Origin: Candidatus Latescibacterota bacterium
GTDB taxonomy: Bacteria; Latescibacterota; UBA2968; GCA-2709665
Length of the DNA: 64,000 nucleotides
Assembly (NCBI GenBank): GCA_965205485.1
Contig: OZ242180.1
Location: forward strand, 416,001 to 480,000
Direction: 5' to 3'
Shown here: positions 47,147 to 56,873 of the stretch, in pieces
How the letters are laid out: every line of letters starts with the position of its first letter
Position numbering within the stretch: position 1 is the stretch's first letter
Notes under the pieces: generated by a model
The model's database searches: none
Told to the model about the DNA's origin: nothing
What the model saw: the letters and a program-made list of their open reading frames with translations, nothing else
Made by a program: the position numbers and the translations under genes

Positions 47147-48163
47147 TCAGAAATCCGTGACGACCCTGGCGGGCCTGCCGGTCTTAATCGATTCCACAAC
47201 CGCGAAACACGCCGCCATCGTCCGGGCGCCTTCCTTTACGTCGATCATCGGCGTTTCGCCCGTATCCAGGCAGTGCAGGAAATGCGACAATTCCTCCGCG
47301 CAGGCGTGTACCTCTCCCAGCACAGGAAACGGGATCTCCGCGAATTCCTCGATGTCACCGAACTCTTTGAGATAGAGCCGGTTTTCCTCTACCGTGCCCT
47401 CGGTGCCATAGAGATTGAACGTCATGGAATAGGGCCGCGGCGCACCCACGGACACCAGGCACTTTCCCACCGCGCCGTTCCTGAATTTCAGCGAAGCGAT
47501 CACCGTATCGTGCCAGTCGACGTCGTGAAGGACCTTCGTAACACCATAGGCCGACACTTCCTCCATTTCCCCCACGATCCAGCGCATCAGGTCCAGCGGG
47601 TGGCACGCCCCGCCGATCACCGCGAATTGACCCTCGTCAGGGTGCCGCCACCACTGGTGACCAGGACCGGTGAGAAACGGCTCCAGCGAATGGACGTAGT
47701 CCGACTCACAGAAACAGGCTTCGCCAAGCTTGCCCGAGTCGAACAGGTCCTTCACGGCCCGGTGCAATTGCCTGAAACGCGCGCCGTGGCCCACCATCAG
47801 CTGCCGGCCCGAACCTTCGACCGCGGCAACCATGCGGCGGCAGTCCTGCAACGTGGTCGCCATCGGCTTTTCACAGAACACATGCTTACCGGCCTCCAGC
47901 GCGGAAACGGCCTCGTCGGCGTGCAGCCGGTTGGGCGTGCAGAGGTACACCACGTCAACCGCCTCGTCCGCGACAATCTCTCCGAAGTCCGTGGTCACCT
48001 GCTCGGCCCCGTATTCGGCCTTCATCTCCTCCAATCGACCCGCGCCGCGCGACGATCCGCAGATCGAACGCAGTTTCGCCCGCGGATCGGACGCAATCGC
48101 CTTGATGTGCTCCAGGCCGATATACCCCGTACCCACTACCGCGATTCGATATTCAGCTGCCAC
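47147..48163 (-). CDS. Gfo/Idh/MocA family oxidoreductase
   Basis: VVGTGYIG, GKHVFCEKPM, CHPLD. Confidence 0.92.
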   Translation of the reverse strand: MAAEYRIAVVGTGYIGLEHIKAIASDPRAKLRSICGSSRGAGRLEEMKAEYGAEQVTTDFGEIVADEAVDVVYLCTPNRLHADEAVSALEAGKHVFCEKPMATTLQDCRRMVAAVEGSGRQLMVGHGARFRQLHRAVKDLFDSGKLGEACFCESDYVHSLEPFLTGPGHQWWRHPDEGQFAVIGGACHPLDLMRWIVGEMEEVSAYGVTKVLHDVDWHDTVIASLKFRNGAVGKCLVSVGAPRPYSMTFNLYGTEGTVEENRLYLKEFGDIEEFAEIPFPVLGEVHACAEELSHFLHCLDTGETPMIDVKEGARTMAACFAVVESIKTGRPARVVTDF

Positions 48164-48189
48164 GACAACGGTCCTTTCGGATCATGCGA

Positions 48190-49233
48190 TCAGTCCACCA
48201 GGGGCAGATGCACCACGCCGCCCCGTTCCACGGATCGGAAAACCGCCTCGGTAAACGCCATGTACTTCAGGCCGGCTTCGAAGGTCGTATCACCTGGAGG
48301 TCCGCCCTGGATCGCGCTCACGAAATCCTGCTCCACGGTCCACTCGCGCGCTTCGTCATCGGGAATTGGCATCACCGACAGCTCACTGTCTCCGGACCGC
48401 CCGCCCAGAATGGTGTCGCTCTCCAGCTTGTAGATCAGTGTCCCCTCGCTGCCGTAGAGCTCCACCTGCGGGTCTGTGCCAAAGCGCGCCACGGAGGAGA
48501 ACAGAAACGCGGCCTGCGCGCCGTTCTCCATCTGTCCCAAGATATGCACCGAATCGGGGCGTTCCACCGGTCCCGTTCCCTGGCCGTCGGCCAGCGGCCG
48601 CGTCCTGGTGAACGTCTCCGCGTGCGCCGATATCGTCTTCATCTGGCCGGCCCAACGTTGCACGATCTCCACCAGGATGCCCATGTTCAGCGCGTTCAGA
48701 CCGGAAAACCGGTCGATCTGCCGCCAGTGCAGCGGCTGTTCCGGATCGCAGTTGTCGCCGCTGAACGACCGGGTATAGACATGGTAGATATCTCCCAGGT
48801 ATCCCTCCCGGATCAGCCGTTGGATGAACCAGTCGCCCTTCATCGCCATCGGCGACGGGCAGATCTGCGTGACGAGGCCCGTCTCCCGCGCCCTGGCGTA
48901 CATGGCCTTTGCCTCGCCAAGGTTCATGGCCATCCTCGCCTGCACGAAGACGTGCTTTCCCGCGTCAAGGGACGCCAGCACGTATTCGCAGTGGCGGTAC
49001 GGCCACGTACCGATCATCACCGCGTCCACGTCCTCGCTCCCGATCAACGCGTACGGATCCGACATCAGTCTCGGCGACAAGCCGAATTCGCGCGCGATCG
49101 CGCCCGCGCTTGCCTCGCTCCGGTTGCAGATGGCAACCACCTCCGCGTCCCCGATCTTCGCCAACCCGGGGAAATGACGGCTCCGGAAAATGCCGCCGGC
49201 GCCGATAATTCCAATTCGAATCTTGTCCGACAT
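48190..49233 (-). CDS. Gfo/Idh/MocA family oxidoreductase
   Basis: IIGAGGI, GKHVFVQARMA variant motif. Confidence 0.9.
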   Translation of the reverse strand: MSDKIRIGIIGAGGIFRSRHFPGLAKIGDAEVVAICNRSEASAGAIAREFGLSPRLMSDPYALIGSEDVDAVMIGTWPYRHCEYVLASLDAGKHVFVQARMAMNLGEAKAMYARARETGLVTQICPSPMAMKGDWFIQRLIREGYLGDIYHVYTRSFSGDNCDPEQPLHWRQIDRFSGLNALNMGILVEIVQRWAGQMKTISAHAETFTRTRPLADGQGTGPVERPDSVHILGQMENGAQAAFLFSSVARFGTDPQVELYGSEGTLIYKLESDTILGGRSGDSELSVMPIPDDEAREWTVEQDFVSAIQGGPPGDTTFEAGLKYMAFTEAVFRSVERGGVVHLPLVD

Positions 49234-49279
49234 TTTTCCTCCTTGGAAGCTGTTTCAAAACCCCCATCGTATCACGGGT

Positions 49280-50554
49280 CTACGCCCGGTACAACCTGTC
49301 CAGCAACTCAACGGCCGCTTCCACGATCTTCTCGCCGGATCCCGGCGTGAAGAGGGCCGCTTCGGGTTCGTAACCGCCTTCTCTATAGGCCTGTTCGTCC
49401 GGCAGATATCCCACACTGTCGTTGGCCAGTTCCAGGACCATCGTCTGACCGAAAGGAGACCGACGCTTGATTTCCAGGCCGAGTCTTACCAACAGTTCTC
49501 CCGGTACACCCACGAGGGCCAGGTTTCCGATTCGAAGCGCCTGCACCCATGTTCGCGACGAGTCCGGCACTTCCGCCATCCGACGCAGAATCCGCCGGGC
49601 GAACGCCCGCTCCGCCATGGTCCCTCGACCCTCTTGGTCGATTTCCCTGGCCCGGGTGATATCGGCCGGCGAAGGGCCGGCCTTGCGCTGAAGCGCCACT
49701 TCCACCATTTCAGCGCCGAGAGGCAGGTCGCGGGCGAAATCCATCCCGTTCCATGCCCAGAAGGCCTGGGCAGCCACCAACGCGGCGACCCGTTCCGAAT
49801 GCTGGTGCCGGTCGTTCGCGCTTCGGCTGCCTCCAATCACGTCGTGGTTGTTGATGTCGCCCGAAGCGCCGTTCGAAAGTGCCGCCGTAAACCGTTGGCC
49901 TCGCATGCGCTGAATGAGACTCGAAAAATATCCGAAATAGTCTGCCGAGATCTCCCGCTCGTGGTCGCCGCCGCCCACGTAGTGCAACGCGTAGTTGCAC
50001 AACAGTCCCACGGGTGCGCCATCCGTTTTCTGAATACAGAGCACACCCACGTCCGGGTCAACCGGGCCCGCGGCCCTCACCACGTCGGGATTGCCGGTAC
50101 CGGGGTTGGTCCGCACCGTGCCGTCTGCCATATGAAACCGCCGGTTGAACACCGGCCGGCCCTCTTCCGCGCGCCCCCAGCCTGCGCCCACCGCATCGCG
50201 TCCGTCCCAGGCGATGCGCACGGAATCGGCAATCCGTTCCACCAAGAATGCCGTATATGCGTCATCTCCCGTCTGGGCGCCGGAGTGGGTGTGGGTACAG
50301 CAGATCATCACCCGTTCGGGAGCCAGACCGGTGGTCCCGGCAATTCGCGCCCTTGCCGCGTCCAGGTATGTCCGCGACACACCGACGAGATCGCAGACGG
50401 CGATCGCGATGCCCGCACCGTCACGCTCCAGAACGAAACTGCGGACGTTCAGCGGATCGTGGATCCCCTCCGCCCTGCGTTCGTGAAACAGGCCCGGAAT
50501 CAGCGTTCCCAGCGGCGGTGTGATATCCAGTGTGATCGCGCCCCCGTTCAGCAT
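49280..50554 (-). CDS. Neutral/alkaline ceramidase N-terminal-like metallo-amidohydrolase
   Basis: DITPP, HDPL, THTHSG, NRR, NYALH, ISADY, GASGDIN, VPGE, GYLP. Confidence 0.75.
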   Translation of the reverse strand: MLNGGAITLDITPPLGTLIPGLFHERRAEGIHDPLNVRSFVLERDGAGIAIAVCDLVGVSRTYLDAARARIAGTTGLAPERVMICCTHTHSGAQTGDDAYTAFLVERIADSVRIAWDGRDAVGAGWGRAEEGRPVFNRRFHMADGTVRTNPGTGNPDVVRAAGPVDPDVGVLCIQKTDGAPVGLLCNYALHYVGGGDHEREISADYFGYFSSLIQRMRGQRFTAALSNGASGDINNHDVIGGSRSANDRHQHSERVAALVAAQAFWAWNGMDFARDLPLGAEMVEVALQRKAGPSPADITRAREIDQEGRGTMAERAFARRILRRMAEVPDSSRTWVQALRIGNLALVGVPGELLVRLGLEIKRRSPFGQTMVLELANDSVGYLPDEQAYREGGYEPEAALFTPGSGEKIVEAAVELLDRLYRA

Positions 50555-50597
50555 GTCATCTCCTCAGGATCATGTACGACAATATCGGTACGCCGGC

Positions 50598-52883
50598 TCA
50601 GCTCATCAGCCGCCGCAGCCAGGCTTTGCCGCGGCCTTCTCGCTGTTTGACAAGCATCACCGACGTCTTGGCGAAGCGTCCCACCCGGTCCGGCACCTCG
50701 CCGAACAGAAGTTGCTGGAACAGGCCGGTATTGGCCGCGCCCATCACGATCAGATCGAAATCCGCGCCTGCCCTGGCAATGCCCGCCGGAACGGACCGGG
50801 AACGGATCGCACGGCTTTCCACGTCGCCCAGATTAGCGTTCGTCAGGGTCTGATCGATCCACCCCATGGCCTCCCTCTCCCGCTCGGCGGCCGCATCTTC
50901 GGGTATCACGGAGCAGGCTGTCACGCGGGAGCCGTAGGCCGCCACGATCGGCTCGAGCAACTCGACGGCGAACCGCGTATGGGGCCCGCCGGCCGTTGGC
51001 AGCAGAATGCGATCGAACCTGGCCTGGTCCTGCAACTTGACAACCACCACGTCCGCGGTTGCCCGGTTCACCACCCTGTCCAGCACTTCGCCGAAAATCC
51101 GCTCACGCGTGGTGGTAAATCCCTTCCATCCGATAACCAGCAGGTCCGCGTGCTCGTCCGACACCGCCGACAGAATGCCTTCGTCCACGCGATGCGCCAC
51201 GCGAATGTCCGAAACCATGCGGAGGCTCTGCTTCTGCGCGTAGGCCTGCGCTGTTCTCAGCAGCGGCATCCGGTGGTTGATGTACTTCATCCCTTCCTGG
51301 ATCGGCAGCTGAATCGGGACCTCCACGGTGGTATTGACGATCAGGTCGCCGTTCCTCGCTTTCACGATGGGTATGGAGATATCCAGCAGCGATTCGATCG
51401 TACCCGGATTGGCCACGGGTACCAGGACCCTGTAGGGCGCGCGGGCGGTCTCGAGGGGCAGCGCGTCCAGCACGTGGGGCTCGGCCTCGCCCGATTCCTT
51501 CCGGAAATGGATGGTGTACGCGAAAAACCCCGCCACGATCCATACCAGCGCGACGTACCACGCCATTGGATCAAAACGAAACTGGTAGACAGCCAGCAGC
51601 ATATTCGACGCCGCGCCAAGCAGCGGCAGCCAGGGGAATAGCGGCACTTTGTACCTGCGCTCGATTTCCGGCATCCGGCGCCGCAGGACGAGCAGCGACA
51701 GGTTCACGAGCGTAAACGTAAGCAGGAACATCAGGCTGGCCGCCGACCCGACCACGTGGATGGGCAAGAGCAGCGCGATGCCCGTCAGAATCGCGCCGGT
51801 GACCAGAATCGCGACGTGCGGGGTCCGCCTGTCGGAATGAATCGCGGCCATACCCACCGGCAGCCACCGGTCCCTGCCCATGGAGAAGGCCACGCGGCTG
51901 GAGGCCAGCACGGTCGCGTTCAGCGCGGACATGGTGGAGAGCAACCCGCCGAAAACGATGGTTGCCACGCCGAACGCCGGCATGAAGCTGTCTGCTGCCT
52001 TCACAATCGCCGTTTCCTGGTACCGGCCCAGAAATTCCCACGACGTGGTGCCTTCCGGTTGGACCGCGGCCAACGACACAAAGACGATCAGCAGATAAAC
52101 GACCACGGTTACGCCAAGGGAAATGAACGTGGCCTTGGGAATATTGATCTCGGGCTGTTTGATTTCTTCCGCGACCGTCGCGATAAGATCGTACCCTTCA
52201 AAAGCGATAAACGTCAGTCCCATGGCCACCAGCACGCCCCCCAGTCCCTTCGGGAAGAACGGAGAGAAGCTCTTCGCCGCCTGTACGGGCGTCGCGAAGA
52301 TATGCGCCAGCCCGAACCAGACGAAAACCAGCAGCACGAGAATCTTGGACATGGTGATCACGTTCTCCGCCTTGCCCGTGACCTCCGTGCCGCGCACGTT
52401 CAGCCAGACAAAGACGCAGCTTACGATCACCGTTACGAACGCAACAGACGGCTGAACCCCCGTCGTCGCCTGGATCGTATAGCTGACGTCCGGCAGGTAC
52501 TTGTGGAAAAACTCCCAGAAGTAGCCTGCAAAGCCCAGCGCATAAAGGCTGCACGCCACCGTGTAGGCGAACCAGAGCATCCATCCGGACAGAAACCCCA
52601 CCGGACCGGGAAACGCCTTCTTGACGAACGAATATCCACCGCCGGCCTCGGGAATCGCAGAGGCGAGCTCGGCGTAGCAGAACGCCGTCATCAGCGTCAC
52701 GAGGCCGTTCAGCGCAAATGCCAGAATTGACGCCGGCCCCGCCTCACCGGCGGCAATCCCGGTCAGAACGAAGATCCCCGCGCCGATCATCGCGCCGATG
52801 CCGATCATCGATGCGTCGAAGCAACCCAGACTCCTGGCAAAGGTGACCCTGTTGGATTCCGGCGGAAGGGAGGATACTGCCAC
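50598..52883 (-). CDS. APC amino acid permease fused to tandem universal stress protein domains
   Basis: GAMIGAGIF, FIAFEGYD, ~12 TM; C-terminal VLVPVAN and ILLPTAGGP USP domains. Confidence 0.9.
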   Translation of the reverse strand: MAVSSLPPESNRVTFARSLGCFDASMIGIGAMIGAGIFVLTGIAAGEAGPASILAFALNGLVTLMTAFCYAELASAIPEAGGGYSFVKKAFPGPVGFLSGWMLWFAYTVACSLYALGFAGYFWEFFHKYLPDVSYTIQATTGVQPSVAFVTVIVSCVFVWLNVRGTEVTGKAENVITMSKILVLLVFVWFGLAHIFATPVQAAKSFSPFFPKGLGGVLVAMGLTFIAFEGYDLIATVAEEIKQPEINIPKATFISLGVTVVVYLLIVFVSLAAVQPEGTTSWEFLGRYQETAIVKAADSFMPAFGVATIVFGGLLSTMSALNATVLASSRVAFSMGRDRWLPVGMAAIHSDRRTPHVAILVTGAILTGIALLLPIHVVGSAASLMFLLTFTLVNLSLLVLRRRMPEIERRYKVPLFPWLPLLGAASNMLLAVYQFRFDPMAWYVALVWIVAGFFAYTIHFRKESGEAEPHVLDALPLETARAPYRVLVPVANPGTIESLLDISIPIVKARNGDLIVNTTVEVPIQLPIQEGMKYINHRMPLLRTAQAYAQKQSLRMVSDIRVAHRVDEGILSAVSDEHADLLVIGWKGFTTTRERIFGEVLDRVVNRATADVVVVKLQDQARFDRILLPTAGGPHTRFAVELLEPIVAAYGSRVTACSVIPEDAAAEREREAMGWIDQTLTNANLGDVESRAIRSRSVPAGIARAGADFDLIVMGAANTGLFQQLLFGEVPDRVGRFAKTSVMLVKQREGRGKAWLRRLMS

Positions 52884-52958
52884 TGAGACCTCGGTCTGAA
52901 AAGCAAAAAGGCCAGGGACGCGAGACACGCACCCCTGGCGTTGTCGGCCCGCGACGAC

Positions 52959-53966
52959 TTAAGACGCGGGATTGGAGATATCTTCGTAGCCCGTCAGACG
53001 ATAGTCGAACTCCAGGTAATCCAGAAGGCGGCAGAGACTTCGAAATGCCACGCCGAACCCGTCCACGCCGCTGACGCCGCCGAACTGGCCGCCGCCCTTC
53101 ACGTGCGGCTCCAGGTCCACGAATACGCCCGGCACACCCAGCGGAGACAGGCGCTCGTGAATCTCAGGCACCAGCGTCCGGAAATCCCGCAGCACCTGCT
53201 CGTGGCCCGAATCGCCCCGGTCCACCGGGATGAACCGGGTCAATCCCCGCTCCCCGGCCGCATCCAGCATACCCTGGTTCGACGGATTGTTGAAACCCTT
53301 GATGTGTATCCACCCCACGCCGGGCTTCATTTTGACGTAGTGCTCGTATGCGCTGTCCGGACTGTGACCGCTGGATTCCATGTTTCCCACGTCCGGAATG
53401 ATGCAGACATAGGGACTGTTGACTTTTTCATACAATGCGATCAACGTGTCCCCGTCTCCGCCAATCAGGTCGGCCTCCACCTCCATACCGTAAACCACGC
53501 CTGCAGAAGCGCATTTCTCGACAATCTGTCCGAGTTGATCCGCGGCCTGGTCCAGGTACGGCCATGGATCCTGCCCGTGTGGATGGTAATAGCTGAACCC
53601 CCGCAGCAGTTTGGTATCGAAGGCGTGGGCCAGGTCGATAGCCCGCTGAACGTCGTTTTTCAGATAGGATTCAAACGGGACGTACCGGTTCTGTGTGCCG
53701 TCGTCCTCGTCGACGAGCTTGACCTTACCGAGTGGAGATCCCACGCTCGACACGCCGACCTGAAACGCGCCGTGCAGGTCCTGAAGCCGTTGTACTTCTT
53801 CGTCTGAAAGCTCCATGACGTTCTTCACGCCGTTGCCGAGATCGATGAACCGGATCGTGTAATAGGATAGGCCGAGCGCGGACATCATTGTCAGTTGCTC
53901 TTCGGCCCGTTTGCTCACCGGACCCTCATCCGCAAATCCGGAAAGAATCACTTCGGATGTTGCCAT
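52959..53966 (-). CDS. Sugar phosphate isomerase/epimerase (AP endonuclease 2 TIM barrel)
   Basis: SGFADE, SPLGK, GMEVE, DVGN, HIK, LEPH. Confidence 0.85.
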   Translation of the reverse strand: MATSEVILSGFADEGPVSKRAEEQLTMMSALGLSYYTIRFIDLGNGVKNVMELSDEEVQRLQDLHGAFQVGVSSVGSPLGKVKLVDEDDGTQNRYVPFESYLKNDVQRAIDLAHAFDTKLLRGFSYYHPHGQDPWPYLDQAADQLGQIVEKCASAGVVYGMEVEADLIGGDGDTLIALYEKVNSPYVCIIPDVGNMESSGHSPDSAYEHYVKMKPGVGWIHIKGFNNPSNQGMLDAAGERGLTRFIPVDRGDSGHEQVLRDFRTLVPEIHERLSPLGVPGVFVDLEPHVKGGGQFGGVSGVDGFGVAFRSLCRLLDYLEFDYRLTGYEDISNPAS

Positions 53967-54031
53967 ATTCAGACACCTCGACGTTAGTGAATAATGGATG
54001 ATTTACGTTCTGCGTTTCGTGACCCGATCTC

Positions 54032-54748
54032 TCACGTAGTCAGTTCCGGCGTAAGATGAGCCACGCGAGCCAGATATCGCATCTGCACCCGGCCCTCACC
54101 ATCGAAATCCAGGCGGCTGACGGCCGTGTTGGGGCTTTGGAAATAGACTCCGTCCGGCATACCCGCAAACACGGCGTGGAGCAGGTCGTTGGCGAATCCG
54201 CCGTGGCAAACCAGCGCTATCCGTTCCTCGGTACCGGCAAATTGATTGTGGATTACGGATGCCACCGTCCGCGCCCGCGCCCGCCACTCCTCCTTTATCT
54301 CGGGCGGCCGGTTCCACCAGCCCTCGTCCGTGACCGCTTCGGGTACCGTGAATTCCGGGAACCGCCCCTCAATCTCGCTGCGCGTGAGACCGGGATACCC
54401 CACCTCTCCCCTGCCGTCCCCCTCATCCAGCCAGATTCCGCCCTCTTCGTGAATATCGATCCAGATTTCGGGCCGGACCCCCAGCGCCTTTCCTACCGGC
54501 GCCGTCGTCTGAATTGCGCGCAGCATCGGGCTCGAAAATATCCGGTCGAAGACAAAACCGCCGCAATTCTGCTGCATCCCGGCGGCGTGGATTTCCTCAA
54601 CCCCTTCTCCGGCCGAGGCCAGGTAGTGGGCCAGCCGTTCGGCCTGAGCTTCGCCGATTTCCGTGAGCGGCGGGTCGCAGACACGCTGACCGACGTCCGC
54701 CGTCGCGTTATTCGCAGACTGCCCGTGCCGGATAATATAGAGCTCCAT
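54032..54748 (-). CDS. Histidine phosphatase family protein
   Basis: IIRHGQS, SSPMLRAIQT, VCHGG. Confidence 0.9.
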   Translation of the reverse strand: MELYIIRHGQSANNATADVGQRVCDPPLTEIGEAQAERLAHYLASAGEGVEEIHAAGMQQNCGGFVFDRIFSSPMLRAIQTTAPVGKALGVRPEIWIDIHEEGGIWLDEGDGRGEVGYPGLTRSEIEGRFPEFTVPEAVTDEGWWNRPPEIKEEWRARARTVASVIHNQFAGTEERIALVCHGGFANDLLHAVFAGMPDGVYFQSPNTAVSRLDFDGEGRVQMRYLARVAHLTPELTT

Positions 54749-54867
54749 CCATTCCTCTCCGGGCGAAAAAAAGCCCGGCAACGTTGCCGGAGTGTAAGTT
54801 CCTGTCACCGGGAAGGGGTCGGAACATACCACATTCATGGAGGGCGATCAAGGCATTTCTGGCCTAA

Positions 54868-55191
54868 CAGCCCGTTGAAAAAGTCCATCCGGGCTGCGGC
54901 CGGCCTTTGCGGTCGAAATACTGCGTTGCGCTCCCTCACCGAATCGACGGATGGGACTCGGTCGCGCGCCTTGTCTTCAACCACAATGGCAAGTGTTCTG
55001 TCCCGGAAATAGATTGCCGAAATTCGACCGCCGAGTCGGCCGGCTGGCAAGGCGCCTGAGCAAGGAGACCTGTCCGTGGTCGCCGAGCGAAGGCAACGCC
55101 GCCAGACGGGATGAATCGGCGGATGAATGGTGACATTTTTCCGGGACGGGACACCATGCCTCGCCTGCAGAGCGACTTTCTCAACGGACTG
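54868..55191. mobile_element. MITE family C (IS5-like ends), containing a nested family B copy
   Basis: 18-bp TIR CAGCCCGTTGAAAAAGTC / GACTTTCTCAACGGACTG (2 mismatches); CTAA duplicated at 54864-54867 and 55192-55195. Confidence 0.8.
54992..55155. mobile_element. MITE family B, copy 3
   Basis: TIRs AGTGTTCTGTCCCGGAAA / TTTCCGGGACGGGACACC; colinear with 22306-22470. Confidence 0.8.
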
Positions 55192-55587
55192 CTAACCGGA
55201 TACGGGATCGAACGTCGCCACGTTCCTGAGTCCTGCGACACTCTCCCGGGCCTCGAATTCCACGGTCAACGTCACGCGCCTGACGTCGCCCGGCTCCATA
55301 TTTCCCTCCAGCCGTCTCGACGTCTGCCCCACGGTATCGTTCTGATCGTCCACCAGCCGCCACGTCAGCACAAACGGCTCTTCGATCGGCACGTCCCCAA
55401 CGTGCACCACGTCCGCGTCGATCCGCACCGCGACGATCTGGGGCGGATCGCCCTGATTGAGCACCGGGTGCGCGGACAGGTTCGTTATCGACAGCATATT
55501 CGACAGTTCTTCCGCCTGCAGACCTTTCGGATTCCTCCCGCACCCCGCCACTACGACCAGGACAACAAGGCATATCGCCATTCGCAT
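55192..55587 (-). CDS. Hypothetical lipoprotein
   Basis: Hydrophobic signal ending in the lipobox VAG-C; beta-rich mature part. Confidence 0.65.
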   Translation of the reverse strand: MRMAICLVVLVVVAGCGRNPKGLQAEELSNMLSITNLSAHPVLNQGDPPQIVAVRIDADVVHVGDVPIEEPFVLTWRLVDDQNDTVGQTSRRLEGNMEPGDVRRVTLTVEFEARESVAGLRNVATFDPVSG

Positions 55588-55598
55588 ACAGAGCCCCT

Positions 55599-56384
55599 TC
55601 ACGAATCCAGCCAGAAGATCGTCAACGCCGTGAATCCGATCGCCCAGCAATAGTACGAGAACCGGTCCAACCGGCCGCCCTGCAACAGGGCGAACAGCCA
55701 CCGGATTGCCACCACGCCGGAGAGGAATGCGACACCAAGACCGATCAAGAGTGGACCTGCGACGTTCCAGTCAGGCGGATCGGCGATGAGGCTTCCCGCC
55801 TTCACTACGGTCGCACCGAGGATCACGGGAATCGACAACAAAAAAGAAAAAGACGCCGCTTCCCGGCCGTCGATACCTCGCCATAACCCTGCCGAGATTG
55901 TCAGGCCGGAGCGCGAAATCCCGGGCAGTATTGCAAACGCCTGTGCGAACCCGATAAGCAGCGCATCGCCAACCCCGATCTCTTCCCGGCTGCGCGTAAC
56001 GTAACGGGTGCTCCAGAGTACGGCTCCCGTTGCCACCAGGCATCCGGCCGCCGCCGCGGGATTTTGGAACGCAAACGTCAGATAGTCCTCTAAAAAAAAC
56101 CCGACGGCGCCGGCCGGTATGGTGCCGACAGACAGCAGCAGCACCATGCGCCAGGACGCAGGGTCCCGCCGGACGCAGCCGGCTGCCAGTGCCCTTATCC
56201 GGTCCCCAAGTACCGTGAGCACTGCGAGCAACGTGCCGAAGTGGACGATCACCTCGAAAACCAGGTCTCCGGGCTGCATCCCCAGCAGCGCCTGTCCCAG
56301 CACGAGATGCCCGGAACTGCTCACCGGCAGGAATTCGGACAGTCCCTGCACAATTCCCAGAAGTAACGCTTCGTGGAACGTCAC
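55599..56384 (-). CDS. uppP: Undecaprenyl-diphosphate phosphatase
   Basis: GIVQGLSEFLPVSSSGH, PGISRSG, FSFLLSIP. Confidence 0.96.
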   Translation of the reverse strand: MTFHEALLLGIVQGLSEFLPVSSSGHLVLGQALLGMQPGDLVFEVIVHFGTLLAVLTVLGDRIRALAAGCVRRDPASWRMVLLLSVGTIPAGAVGFFLEDYLTFAFQNPAAAAGCLVATGAVLWSTRYVTRSREEIGVGDALLIGFAQAFAILPGISRSGLTISAGLWRGIDGREAASFSFLLSIPVILGATVVKAGSLIADPPDWNVAGPLLIGLGVAFLSGVVAIRWLFALLQGGRLDRFSYYCWAIGFTALTIFWLDS

Positions 56385-56562
56385 CTCAGACGCTCCCCCA
56401 TCGCGACTATGGACGACGTTGCGGCGAATAAGTCGTTATAAAAATAACCCTTAACGGTCCTCCCGGCAAACAGAAACCTCCACGGTAGGGGATGTTTGGG
56501 ATCTCGAGGGAGCATTGAGTAACACATAGCCGGTTGGATGTCCTGCGAGATTTGAAAACCGA

Positions 56563-56591
56563 TTGACAGGATCAGCGAACTTTCATTTAAT
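56563..56591 (+). promoter_or_regulatory. Putative sigma70 promoter for the efflux operon
   Basis: TTGACA-N17-TTTAAT. Confidence 0.45.
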
Positions 56592-56873
56592 GTCCATACG
56601 TTTAATGTATCCCGAAAACGCACATCCTGGATTCCCGGCGCGCACTGTCGCGCCAGTGATCTGCGAGATAAGATTTGGAAATGCAGCAAACTGTCCGTGC
56701 CGCCGTATAGTCGAACAAACACCTTGCAATCAGCGGGGTAGTCTACGTCTGGGAGACTTGCCTGTGTGGCCCGATACGCATATCGAACACTCCGTAAGCG
56801 CGAGGTAGCGCCGAAATCAACGATATTGCGGGGTTGGTCTGTCTCTTTCAATCCATTTCGAGTGAATCTCTCA

